A stretch of 64,000 bases of DNA from Myxococcota bacterium. Lineage in GTDB: Bacteria; Myxococcota_A; UBA9160; SZUA-336. Under the pieces are notes generated by a model. It was given only the letters and a program-made list of their open reading frames with translations, did no database searches and was not told where the DNA came from. The DNA lies in contig CBDFGR010000003.1 of the NCBI GenBank assembly GCA_965247115.1, positions 160,001 through 224,000 on the forward strand, read 5' to 3'. Below, piece by piece: positions 9,292 through 18,465 of the stretch. Each line of letters begins with the position of its first letter. The first letter of the stretch is position 1. The position numbers were made by a program, and so were the translations under genes.

Positions 9292-11199
9292 ATGAGCCAC
9301 CCCTGCAAGCGCCGCGACGCGGCGCGCGCAGCCAGGGCCGTTGGCCTCTGCGGAGGTGGAAGGAGCGCAGCCCTATGGGCAATGCTCCTCCTCTTGCTCT
9401 CCCCTGCGGCCTGGGCGGGCGAGACGCTTCTGGTCATGGATGTGTCCGAGAGCATGGCCACGACGTGTCCAGCGGGCGAGGACTCCCTGCTCTCACTCGC
9501 AATCGCGAGAGTCCGAGAACACCTGGACGCTCTGCCCCCGGGCGAAGCACAAGTGGGTCTGATCGCATTTGCCGCGGAGGCCGTGGTTCTTCAGCTGCCA
9601 ACGACGGACATCGGCGCCCTCCGGACACTCGTGGCCACCGCAACGCCAGTTCCAGAGACCGCTTCGCTGCTCGGGGCCCTGGTCACCGCGGCCCGCGTCC
9701 TGGAAGAACGCGGGACAGAGCAGGGTAGTCGGATCCTCGTTTTTAGCTCCGGTGGCACCGATGCTGGCGGGCCGCTCCTCGCGCTTCTCGCCTCGCTCCA
9801 CGCACGGGGCGTGTCGGTCGAGATCGAGCTACTCGAGCCGCGCCAGTCGAGCAGCGGTGAGGCGTGGGGGAGCGTCGACACCAGGGTTCGCGCAAGCGCG
9901 TGCGCCGGCGGCGAGCCGGCCGCGGCAGGCAGCCAGATGGAGGACTCGGTCCGCCGCACCGTCGCACGCCAGCTCGGGGTTCCCGCCGAGAGCCTGAGCC
10001 CCGGCACCGACCTCGTCGAGGACCTGGGGGTGGATCGCGCTACGGCGTTCGAGGTCCTGGCGCGCATCAGCGACGAGTACGAGGTGAGGGTTCCCGATTC
10101 CGGCGATCTCACCCGGATCGGTGCGATCGCGGACTACGTGGCCAGCGTCGAGGGCGCTGGCCTCCGAACCCGAGCTCCCAGCTCCGCGTACGTCCAGACC
10201 ATCCTCTACGGGACGAACCGCAAGCCCAAGCGTTCGTCAGATCCCGTCGATCTCTACTCCAGCGAACGCAGCCGTGTCGGCCAGCTCCACTACGGCGCGT
10301 GCGAGGTTTCGATCCCGCTGCGCGCGCACAAGCCGGGCTCTCTCGAGACGCCATTTCTCGACCTCGAGTACCTGGCCGATGGGAGGCAGCACATCTCGTT
10401 GAAGAAGGTGGAGCCGATGGACAAGGCCGGTTTCTTTCGAGGCCTGCGCTCCAAGCTGCATTCGGAGGACGTGAGCGAGGGCCCGCGGGCAGACGCCATG
10501 GTCTTCATTCCGGGCTTCAACACCACGTTCGGCAGCGTGGCGCGGAGGACCGCGCAGATGTCGTACGACCTCGGCTTCCGCGGTGCTCCGATCATGTTCT
10601 CCTGGCCGTCCGACGGGAGCGCCCTTGGTTACCTGCCCGATCGCGAAGACATCGAGTGGAGCGTGCCTCATATCGAGAGGTTCCTGACGGAGATCATCGA
10701 GGAGGGGAGCCCCCGAAGGCTGCATCTGATCGCGCACAGCATGGGCAACGAGGGCCTGCTCAGGGCCCTGATGCTCATCGCGACGCGCACGAACCCAGGA
10801 GACCCACCACTCTTCGAGAACGTCATCCTGGCCGCTCCGGACTTCGACGCGCAGATCTTCGCAGAGCAGACCGCACCGCGGGTCCGCGGTCTCGCCCGAC
10901 GCTGGACAGTGTACGTCTCCGACCAGGATGGCGCGCTCAACGTGTCGAGCAAGATTCGAAGTGCAAGGCGACTCGGTCTCCCCATCACGCTCACTGCAGG
11001 AGTGGACACCGTAGATGCTACGGGAGTCGAGGTGACACCCTGGAGTGTACCCGAGTTCCACTCCTACTACGCCACGAAGCAGCTTGTTATTGCCGACCTG
11101 ATCGGCGTGCTCGAGGGACTCGACCCGTCCAGCCGCCGGCTGTTCTCCCTGATGAGCGGCGAGCTCCCCTACTGGTCGTTCACGGAGGGGCTCCCGTAG
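9292..11199 (+). CDS. Secreted vWA + ACP-like + DUF900-type alpha/beta hydrolase fusion
   Basis: DVSESM MIDAS; DLVEDLGVDR ACP-like segment; YGTNR, FIPGFN, FSWPS, IAHSMG, LAAPD; GGAGGGG RBS. Confidence 0.8.
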   Translation: MSHPCKRRDAARAARAVGLCGGGRSAALWAMLLLLLSPAAWAGETLLVMDVSESMATTCPAGEDSLLSLAIARVREHLDALPPGEAQVGLIAFAAEAVVLQLPTTDIGALRTLVATATPVPETASLLGALVTAARVLEERGTEQGSRILVFSSGGTDAGGPLLALLASLHARGVSVEIELLEPRQSSSGEAWGSVDTRVRASACAGGEPAAAGSQMEDSVRRTVARQLGVPAESLSPGTDLVEDLGVDRATAFEVLARISDEYEVRVPDSGDLTRIGAIADYVASVEGAGLRTRAPSSAYVQTILYGTNRKPKRSSDPVDLYSSERSRVGQLHYGACEVSIPLRAHKPGSLETPFLDLEYLADGRQHISLKKVEPMDKAGFFRGLRSKLHSEDVSEGPRADAMVFIPGFNTTFGSVARRTAQMSYDLGFRGAPIMFSWPSDGSALGYLPDREDIEWSVPHIERFLTEIIEEGSPRRLHLIAHSMGNEGLLRALMLIATRTNPGDPPLFENVILAAPDFDAQIFAEQTAPRVRGLARRWTVYVSDQDGALNVSSKIRSARRLGLPITLTAGVDTVDATGVEVTPWSVPEFHSYYATKQLVIADLIGVLEGLDPSSRRLFSLMSGELPYWSFTEGLP

Positions 11200-11202
11200 G
11201 AG

Positions 11203-11886
11203 CTACGATCCCTCGCCGATCCAGCGGTCCTGCCACCCCTCGTCGGGCTGCTTCTCCGCGAACTCCCAGCTCTGCGCGAAGCGTTCCCGGAACACCACGC
11301 TCTTTACCGGCTTGCGGCGTACGGGACCGTGCTTGTCGGAGGGATAGCCGATGGGAAGCAGGCTGAAGACCTGATTGCTCTCGGGAATATCCAGCATCTC
11401 CATCAGCTCGGTGACATGTCCCAGCGGCAGGTTGAAAACGGAGCCGCTGAGTCCCAGTGCTCGAGCCGCCAGCAGCAGGTTCTGGACCGCCGGGAAAGTG
11501 CTGCCGCCCGGGGTGGAGTGGCGCCCGCGCAAACCGCAGACCACGATCACGGCGGGGACCTGCGCAAGATGCTTGACGAGGTGCTCGACGCTACGCAGCG
11601 AGAGCCGGCGCGTCCGAGGAAGCGCGTCCATGAGCTCCGGCCGTTCGACGTACTCGGGCTGGTAGCGGGCCCAGCCCTCCTCCGCCCACGCCTGTAGGCT
11701 GCGCTTCACGGCCGGGTCGGTGACCACAACAAAGCGCCAGTCCTGTACGTTCTGACCGGATGGCGCTCGGATTGCCGCGTCGAACAGCTGGAAGAGCACC
11801 TCCTCGGGAATCGGATCGGGCCTGAACCTGCGCAGCGCGCGCATCGTGTACATGGTGCGAAAGAGATCGGGTCGTTCTGCGTTCAT
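11203..11886 (-). CDS. Nitroreductase family protein
   Basis: RALRRFRPDPIP, AIRAPSGQNVQDWRF, AVQNLLLAARALGL, LPIGYP. Confidence 0.92.
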   Translation of the reverse strand: MNAERPDLFRTMYTMRALRRFRPDPIPEEVLFQLFDAAIRAPSGQNVQDWRFVVVTDPAVKRSLQAWAEEGWARYQPEYVERPELMDALPRTRRLSLRSVEHLVKHLAQVPAVIVVCGLRGRHSTPGGSTFPAVQNLLLAARALGLSGSVFNLPLGHVTELMEMLDIPESNQVFSLLPIGYPSDKHGPVRRKPVKSVVFRERFAQSWEFAEKQPDEGWQDRWIGEGS

Positions 11887-11952
11887 GTGCTTCGCTCCAG
11901 TGGCGGGCCGTAGAGCGGGCCAATGTACCATGGGCCTTCTGGGGCGAAGCCG

Positions 11953-12801
11953 ATGGCTACCCTATACTGGTATGGCCCCCGTCAGGAGGAGCAGATCAGT
12001 ACTCCCGAGGACAGAGGACCTGCGGACGAGAGCTCGCCGAGCGCCGGGAGCGAGCGACCAAGCTTCGCGCAGCGCAGAGAACGACCCCGAGAAGGCGGAG
12101 CGTGGATGCTGATCGTGGCCCTGGCGGCCGCCTTCCCGATCTACTGGGGCTACCAGCGCTTCATCGCCACCGACGACGCCCAGCAAAGCTCCAGCGCAGA
12201 GGAGGAGCGAGCTGACTTTCTCGCCGTTGCCGACGACTACGCTGCAAGCCTGTTCGCGGAGGGACGGTGGGAGGAAGCAGCCAAGGCGTACCGCGTGGTG
12301 CGAGAGAGATACCTCGAGGCCAACGACGGGGTCCACGACGAGTCCGCCGCAGCCCTCCTCTTCAACCAAGCCGCGAGCGAGCTGAACCGGGGCAGGAGCG
12401 ACGTCGCGCAGACGCTTCTGCTGGAGCTTCAAGTAGAGGCGCCGACGTATCGCCCGGAGGAGATCGCGGAGCTCGTCCGGGAGACGGCCGACCGAGCCCC
12501 GACCGATCGGTACGAGTACCTGACGGCACAGGCATCGTCGGCCTTTGACGAGGGCAACTGGACGCTAGCGGTACAGCGCTACCGGGAGCTCCTGGTCCAC
12601 CTGCGTTCGATGGGGTACTCCGAGACCGACGACCTGTTCTCGCAGGCCATGTTCGACCAGGCCATGGCGTACTCGAATGAAGGTCAGTACGTGGAGGCCG
12701 AACGGATCCTGAACGACCTCAAGGCAGGCAACCCGGACTACGACCCTGCTCGCATCGACGAGCAGCACCAGCGCGTCATCGCGCTTCTCCGGGACCAGTA
12801 A
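11953..12801 (+). CDS. Membrane-anchored TPR protein
   Basis: One TM segment followed by two similar TPR-like modules; start uncertain. Confidence 0.7.
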   Translation: MATLYWYGPRQEEQISTPEDRGPADESSPSAGSERPSFAQRRERPREGGAWMLIVALAAAFPIYWGYQRFIATDDAQQSSSAEEERADFLAVADDYAASLFAEGRWEEAAKAYRVVRERYLEANDGVHDESAAALLFNQAASELNRGRSDVAQTLLLELQVEAPTYRPEEIAELVRETADRAPTDRYEYLTAQASSAFDEGNWTLAVQRYRELLVHLRSMGYSETDDLFSQAMFDQAMAYSNEGQYVEAERILNDLKAGNPDYDPARIDEQHQRVIALLRDQ

Positions 12802-13351
12802 ACCTTCGGCAGCGGAACACGAAGTCGGAGTGGCCGATCCGGAAGCGGTCGCCGTCCTGGAGGGGCTGCTCGGCTCCCTGCAAGAGACCGCGGAAGTAGG
12901 TGCCGTTCTTGCTCTCGAGGTCGCGGAGAAAGTACCGCTCGCCGGTCCGGATGATCGCAGCGTGGCGCCGGCTCACGGAGTCATCCTCGAGCGTCACCTC
13001 GACTCCAGGGTCGCGACCTACCACCGTCCTCGGGCCGGCTACGGTGAATTCGCGCCCGATCTCTCCGCCGCCGTAGACCATGAGAACCGCCTCCCGAGGC
13101 ACGGTTTCCAGCGCGGGGCCTGGGCGTTCTAGAGGAGCGGGGGCCTCAGGGGGACCGACGAAGAAGGTCGACTTCTCCAGCGCCACTCCGGAGTCGAACG
13201 CGGCCTTGCGCTGCTCCTCGCCGACGATCGCGCGCTCGGCGCTCTCCAGCTTCCTGTGGTTGCCGCGATCGCGCGCCTCGTCAGCAACGCCGTACAGGAA
13301 ATCCAGCGTCGCATCCGCAGCCGCGCGCCTCGCATCCACACTTTTGCCCAC
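12776..13351 (-). CDS. FHA domain protein
   Basis: VVGR..DDSVSRRHA..LRDLESKNGT..DGDRFRIG; start approximate. Confidence 0.88.
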   Translation of the reverse strand: MGKSVDARRAAADATLDFLYGVADEARDRGNHRKLESAERAIVGEEQRKAAFDSGVALEKSTFFVGPPEAPAPLERPGPALETVPREAVLMVYGGGEIGREFTVAGPRTVVGRDPGVEVTLEDDSVSRRHAAIIRTGERYFLRDLESKNGTYFRGLLQGAEQPLQDGDRFRIGHSDFVFRCRRFTGPGEAR

Positions 13352-13385
13352 CCGTGAACCCCCCGGACAGCCGGTCGTCCGCACC

Positions 13386-13413
13386 GAATCGGCGGGGCCG
13401 CGCGTGAACTTTA
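13386..13413 (-). promoter_or_regulatory. Sigma28/WhiG-like promoter of the FHA gene
   Basis: TAAA-N16-GCCGATTC. Confidence 0.65.
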
Positions 13414-13486
13414 GCCTGGGGGCTCCACCTTGACCCATAAGCCGCGCGCCGCGCCGCCGAGTCGCTTCCCGCCCGCAGCTCGCGTC

Positions 13487-13514
13487 TAAAGTCCGCGCTC
13501 GCCGTGACAGATAA
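13487..13514 (+). promoter_or_regulatory. Sigma28/WhiG-like promoter of the PilZ gene
   Basis: TAAA-N16-ACAGATAA. Confidence 0.55.
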
Positions 13515-13520
13515 GGGAGC

Positions 13521-13832
13521 ATGAACCCGGAGCGCAGCGCGAGTACCCGCCACGAGATCCCGGCACCCGTCGCGTACTGGGGTCCCGATCTCAGGGGCGA
13601 TGGCACGATCGCGAACATCTCCGCCTCCGGTGCCCTCATCGAGCGAGCGTCCTCTCCCGTCAGCAAAGGCACGCGCCTGGGCATCCTCGTGCGCTACTTT
13701 CCGGACGGCGCCGAGCACTGCTCGCTCGAACTCTCGTCGGAAGTCGTACGCACGACGGACGGCGGCTTCGCGGTGCAGTTTCAGAACCTCGGACCCGAAG
13801 CCCTCTTCCTTCTCTGCGGACTACTCGGCTAG
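13521..13832 (+). CDS. Stand-alone PilZ domain protein
   Basis: ERSASTRH (RxxxxR-like), NISASGA (D/NxSxxG), EVVR..FAVQF. Confidence 0.8.
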   Translation: MNPERSASTRHEIPAPVAYWGPDLRGDGTIANISASGALIERASSPVSKGTRLGILVRYFPDGAEHCSLELSSEVVRTTDGGFAVQFQNLGPEALFLLCGLLG

Positions 13833-13890
13833 CTTCCCCAAAGCTGCACGGGAGCTGCCGCCCCGGCCCCGGCCTCCGACTCCTTGCCCA

Positions 13891-14021
13891 GTCTTGCGGG
13901 ACCCGGCGCGCTAGCGGTCGCGCGCCGCCCGCCTCCGCTCAGGGCTTTGCCCTTCGCTGCGCGCGCCGCTTTCGCGGCGCTTGCAGGGTTACCCCGCCTC
14001 TACCTGCGGGTCCCGCAAGAC
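13891..14021 (+). repeat. Dispersed structured palindromic repeat, copy C (MITE/REPIN-like)
   Basis: Perfect 15-bp terminal inverted repeat GTCTTGCGGGACCCG / CGGGTCCCGCAAGAC enclosing three hairpins. Confidence 0.85.
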
Positions 14022-14080
14022 CTGACGTGGTAGGCTAAGCTCCATCGCACGTCACGTCTGGTGACGGCGCCGCCCCCGAC

Positions 14081-16558
14081 ATGGTCCGCCTACTGCAACA
14101 CGCATATCACGGGCTCTTTCTGACACGCCCGCAGACTGCTCTCACGCTCCTACTTCTGCTTCTCGCCTTCTTCTCGTACCACGCGAAGGACTTCCGGCTC
14201 GACGCCTCGGCCGACTCGCTCCTGCTGGAGAACGACAAGGATCTTCAGCTGTTCCGCGAGGTCAGCGCGCGCTACGACACCCGAGATTTCCTGGTCGTCA
14301 CCTTCACGCCCCCCGGCGACCTGTTCTCCGACGAATCCCTGTCCCTTCTCCAACGGGTTCGCGACGAGCTGCGTTCGCTCGAAGGCGTGGATTCCGTCCT
14401 GAGCATCCTGGACGTACCGCTGGTCAGGAGCTCCGACGTTCCCCTGCTACAGATGGCTGAGTCTGTCCAGACTCTGGAGACTCCCACAGTCGACCGCGCG
14501 CGGGCCCGCGATGAGCTCGTCAACAGCCCGGTCTACCGAGATCAACTGATCAGCCCGGACATGCAGACCTCGGGGCTGCTGATCAGCCTGGAGAAAGACC
14601 AGCGCCTCTCCACCCTCCAGGAGGCGCGCAACAGGCTGTTCATGAGACAGGGATCCGGGCAGCTGAGCGACGCCGACCGGCGGGAGCTGAAGGCAGTATC
14701 GGTCGCGTACAAAGCGGAGCGGGAGACGTTCAACGAGAGGCGCCATGGGGAAATCGCGCAGGTGCGAGCGGTGCTCAGCGGGTACCGCGGGCTCGTCCGT
14801 CTACACCTTGGCGGGGTGCCCATGATCGCGGACGACATGATCACCTTCGTACGGAACGACCTGATCACGTTCGGAACAGGCGTCCTCGTCTTCCTGATCG
14901 TCGTGCTGACCGTGATCTTCCGCCAGACTCGGTGGGTGGTTCTGCCCTTGCTGAGCTGCTTCTACGCTGGCATGACCATGATCGGGCTCCTCGGGCTGAT
15001 CGGTTGGGAAGTCACCGTCATCTCTTCGAACTTCCTGTCGCTGATGCTGATTATCACGATCTCCATGAACATCCACCTCGCGGTCCGATACAGACAGCTG
15101 TACGGCGACTTGCCGGAAGCCAGTCACCTCGAGCTGGTCTCCCTGACACTGCGACGGATGGTCTGGCCGTGCCTCTACACCGCGCTCACGACCATCATCG
15201 GGTTCAGCTCGCTTGTGTTCAGCAACATAAAGCCCGTGCAGGACTTCGGCTGGATGATGAGCGTCGGATTGGCAGTGGCTTTCCTGACCTGCTTCTCGCT
15301 GTTTCCCACGGTGCTGATGTTGCTCGGGAAGCCGCGGTCCGGCGTTCGCCAGCAGAAAGATCTGCGGGTCACCAGCAGGCTTGCCGCCTTCACAGAACGC
15401 CGCGGGAATGTCGTGCTGGTGGCTGCAGTCGTCATGATGATCGTCAGCGGGATCGGGATCTCGCGACTTACCGTCGAGAACAGCTTCATCAACTACTTCC
15501 GGACCGATACCGAGATCTACCAGGGCATGAAGCTCATCGACGAGAAGCTCGGGGGAACCACCCCGCTGGAGGTCCTGCTCAACCTTGATAGCGCGCCAAA
15601 AGAGGAGGAGGTGGCGGAGCTGGAGGAGCTGGACGAAGAGGACTTCGAAGACTGGGATATCGACGTGGCTGCCGCACCGGCGTACTGGTTCACTCCCCTC
15701 CGGATCGAGCGGATCAAGCAGGTCCACGACTACCTGGACGGGCTGCCTGAGGTCGGCAAGGTCCTGTCCCTCGCGTCTGTCATCCGCGTCGCAGAGGAGC
15801 TGAACGACGGCAAGGAACTCGACGGCCTCGAGCTCTCCCTGCTCTACCAGCGCTTGCCCGAGGAGGTCAAAGGGTCCCTCGTCGATCCGTACTTCTCCTT
15901 CGAGCACAACGAAGCGCGCATACAGGTCCGGATCCTGGACTCCAGGGAAGACCTGCGCCGACAGGAGCTGCTGGAACGGATCCGCGACGATCTCCACGGT
16001 CGACTGGACCTGGCTCCGGAGGACGTCACCGTGACCGGCATGCTCGTTCTCTACAACAACATGCTCCAGAGCCTGTACACGTCGCAGATCTCGACCCTGG
16101 GGGCAGTCATGGTCGGCATTGCGATCATGTTCCTCCTCCTCTTCCGGTCGGCCCTGCTCGCCGTCATCGGCATCATCCCCAACGTGCTCGCCGCCACCAC
16201 CGTCCTCGGACTGATGGGGCTTGCCGGGATTCCACTGGACATGATGACCATCACGATCGCCGCGATCACGATCGGCATCGCGGTCGATAATGCCATCCAC
16301 TACATCTACCGCTTCCGCGAGGAGTTCCCCCAGCAGCCCGGCTACGCGGAGACCCTGCGCGTCTGTCACTCGAACATCGGGAGGGCGGTGCTCTACACGT
16401 CGACGACGATCATCTTCGGCTTCTCGATCCTCATGCTCTCGAACTTCCTTCCGACCATCTACTTCGGCGCCTTGACGGGACTCGCGATGTTCATCGGACT
16501 CCTGGCATCGCTCACGCTTCTGCCACGACTTCTGCTGCTGTGGAAGCCTTTCGCCTAG
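14081..16558 (+). CDS. MMPL/RND family transporter
   Basis: Two TM bundles with large periplasmic loops; GIAVDNAIH, TTIIGFSSL. Confidence 0.92.
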   Translation: MVRLLQHAYHGLFLTRPQTALTLLLLLLAFFSYHAKDFRLDASADSLLLENDKDLQLFREVSARYDTRDFLVVTFTPPGDLFSDESLSLLQRVRDELRSLEGVDSVLSILDVPLVRSSDVPLLQMAESVQTLETPTVDRARARDELVNSPVYRDQLISPDMQTSGLLISLEKDQRLSTLQEARNRLFMRQGSGQLSDADRRELKAVSVAYKAERETFNERRHGEIAQVRAVLSGYRGLVRLHLGGVPMIADDMITFVRNDLITFGTGVLVFLIVVLTVIFRQTRWVVLPLLSCFYAGMTMIGLLGLIGWEVTVISSNFLSLMLIITISMNIHLAVRYRQLYGDLPEASHLELVSLTLRRMVWPCLYTALTTIIGFSSLVFSNIKPVQDFGWMMSVGLAVAFLTCFSLFPTVLMLLGKPRSGVRQQKDLRVTSRLAAFTERRGNVVLVAAVVMMIVSGIGISRLTVENSFINYFRTDTEIYQGMKLIDEKLGGTTPLEVLLNLDSAPKEEEVAELEELDEEDFEDWDIDVAAAPAYWFTPLRIERIKQVHDYLDGLPEVGKVLSLASVIRVAEELNDGKELDGLELSLLYQRLPEEVKGSLVDPYFSFEHNEARIQVRILDSREDLRRQELLERIRDDLHGRLDLAPEDVTVTGMLVLYNNMLQSLYTSQISTLGAVMVGIAIMFLLLFRSALLAVIGIIPNVLAATTVLGLMGLAGIPLDMMTITIAAITIGIAVDNAIHYIYRFREEFPQQPGYAETLRVCHSNIGRAVLYTSTTIIFGFSILMLSNFLPTIYFGALTGLAMFIGLLASLTLLPRLLLLWKPFA

Positions 16559-16671
16559 CGAATCCCGCACAATGGCCTGACTCCAAGGCCAGATGGCAGG
16601 CTTTTGGGGTGAAGAAGATGCGGGGCAAGCGCTGCGAACAGTCGGTCGGCCCCCGGGGAGGGGCAACCGTC

Positions 16672-16746
16672 TGGAGCGGGAGACGGGGATTGAACCCGCG
16701 ACCCATAGCTTGGGAAGCTATTGCTCTACCACTGAGCTACTCCCGC
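16672..16746 (-). tRNA. tRNA-Gly(CCC)
   Basis: GCGGGAGTAGCTCAGTGGTAGAGC AATAGCTT-CCC-AAGCTAT GGGTCGCGGGTTCAATCCCCGTCTCCCGCTCCA; cloverleaf with encoded CCA. Confidence 0.97.
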
Positions 16747-16789
16747 CCGCCACCCGAGCTTAGCACCTCTCTCGAGGCTCCTCCCAGTT

Positions 16790-16913
16790 CTTGTGGGACC
16801 CGGCCGCGGGCGGCCGCGGCCACCCACTCTTCGCGCAGGCCTGGGCCTTCGCTGCACGCGCCGCGTACGCCGCGCTGGCTGGTTGCCTGGTCGTTGCGCG
16901 TCCGTCCCGCGAC
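16790..16913 (+). repeat. Dispersed structured palindromic repeat, copy D
   Basis: CTTGTGGGACCC GGCCGCGG-GCGG-CCGCGGCC ACCCAC..., degenerate right end GTCCCGCGAC. Confidence 0.8.
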
Positions 16914-18433
16914 TAGTCGACCTGGATGGCGTCGAAGAGAGTTTCGAAGTCGTCGTCGTCCGACGCAGCCACGGGTTCGCCGACTTCGAGCGGCTCTGCA
17001 GCGGCTTCCGCCGCCTCGTCAACGCCCGTGAGGAGACTCTCCAGATCAGGGCCCGAGTCCGAGCCGACTGGCTCGGCTGTGCCCTCGACCTCGGCGGTAA
17101 TCTCCTCTGGCTCAGCCGTCCCGGCGACCGCCTCGAACTCCAGGTCGTCCATGTCGTCTTCCATCGGGCTGATGTCCAGCTCGAGCTCCGGGTCAGCGGG
17201 CGCTATGGGCGCTTCTTCGGGCTCGTCGGTCGGGAGCTGCAGCAGCCCTTCGAGATCGAAGTCTTCATCCTCGCTCCCGGAGTCGGGGGCCTCGTTCTCA
17301 GCCGCATCGACCTCCCCAACCCCGAACTCCTCGTCCGGACCGGGATCCTCGAGGTCCCCGGGGCCGCTCGGGAAGTCCTTGAACTCGAGCCCACCGGTAT
17401 CGTCCTCTTCTGGCTCCTCCCACAGCCCACTCTCCCAGCTCGAGGGTCCGGCCTCCGCCGGCCTACCTTCCTCGTCGTCGGGCAGCTCGAGCGCGACGGC
17501 CGAGGCGGAAGCTGCGGGGAGTGGCGGCACGTCCTGATTTGCAGACGATGCCGCGCGGGAACCCTCGACGTAGGGGGCGGCCGGCGGGCTGACCCTGGAT
17601 ACGGCCCGCGAGTCGTCCCCGGAACTGAGGCCCAGTTCGTCGGCAGCATCCGCGACGATCGAAGCATCGACCGGCGTGGCCTCGGCGAGAAACCCCTCGA
17701 AGATCGCGTTGTCGGCAAGCGTGTTGAGGACGCGCGGGACACCGCTCGAATAGCGGTACAGTGCCTCGATCGCCTCCTTGCCCAGAACCGGACCCGACGC
17801 TCCGGCGCAGCCGAGGCGATGCTGGATATAGGCGGTGGTCTCCTCCTGCTCCATCGGCCGCAGCTCCACACGGACGTCGATTCGCTGCTCGAGCGGTGGA
17901 TCCAAAGCGATCACGTCCGAAAGTTCTGGGAGCCCGAAGAGCACGATCGAGATCACCTTCTCGTCCTGGTGCACGAAGTTGAGCAAGCCGCGAAACTCCT
18001 CCATCGCCTGGGTGTTCCGGAACAACTGGGCCTCGTCTACGAAGAGCACCGAGTGCTGCCCCGCATCCCGAACTTCCGCAAGCCGGGCGCCGATCTGCTC
18101 GAGAAGCTGGGGGATGTGGTCGGAAGGAGTATCTACACCGAACTGCGTTGCTAGTTGGGGCAGCAGCCAGCCGTGAGCGCAGGCCGAATGCGGCACGACG
18201 ATGAGCCTCGTTGCGCAGCGCTCCTCGTCCAGGTCGGAGCGCAGGTGGTGGGCCAGGGTCGTCTTGCCGCAGCCCGGGCCGCCAATCAATACGGAGAGCC
18301 CCTTCTTCTGCTCGACACCGCGTAGCAGCCGTAGCCGCGCGCGCCGCTGTCCATCGCTCTCGAAGTAGAAGCGGCGATTCAGGTCGTTCTTGAATGGCTC
18401 AAGCTTGAGATCGTAGAACTTCAGATAATCCAT
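16913..18433 (-). CDS. ExeA/GspA-family AAA ATPase with long acidic C-terminal tail
   Basis: YDLKLEPF, GGPGCGKTT, FVDEAQ, LFGLPEL, GVPRVLNTLADNA. Confidence 0.9.
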   Translation of the reverse strand: MDYLKFYDLKLEPFKNDLNRRFYFESDGQRRARLRLLRGVEQKKGLSVLIGGPGCGKTTLAHHLRSDLDEERCATRLIVVPHSACAHGWLLPQLATQFGVDTPSDHIPQLLEQIGARLAEVRDAGQHSVLFVDEAQLFRNTQAMEEFRGLLNFVHQDEKVISIVLFGLPELSDVIALDPPLEQRIDVRVELRPMEQEETTAYIQHRLGCAGASGPVLGKEAIEALYRYSSGVPRVLNTLADNAIFEGFLAEATPVDASIVADAADELGLSSGDDSRAVSRVSPPAAPYVEGSRAASSANQDVPPLPAASASAVALELPDDEEGRPAEAGPSSWESGLWEEPEEDDTGGLEFKDFPSGPGDLEDPGPDEEFGVGEVDAAENEAPDSGSEDEDFDLEGLLQLPTDEPEEAPIAPADPELELDISPMEDDMDDLEFEAVAGTAEPEEITAEVEGTAEPVGSDSGPDLESLLTGVDEAAEAAAEPLEVGEPVAASDDDDFETLFDAIQVD

Positions 18434-18465
18434 GGTCGTCTCTGTAAAGGGGTAAGTCGCCGCAC

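Noticed and set aside
16558..16746. Genomic island integrated at tRNA-Gly
   Set aside because: No integrase, no duplicated tRNA 3' end found by eye, and no obvious composition shift
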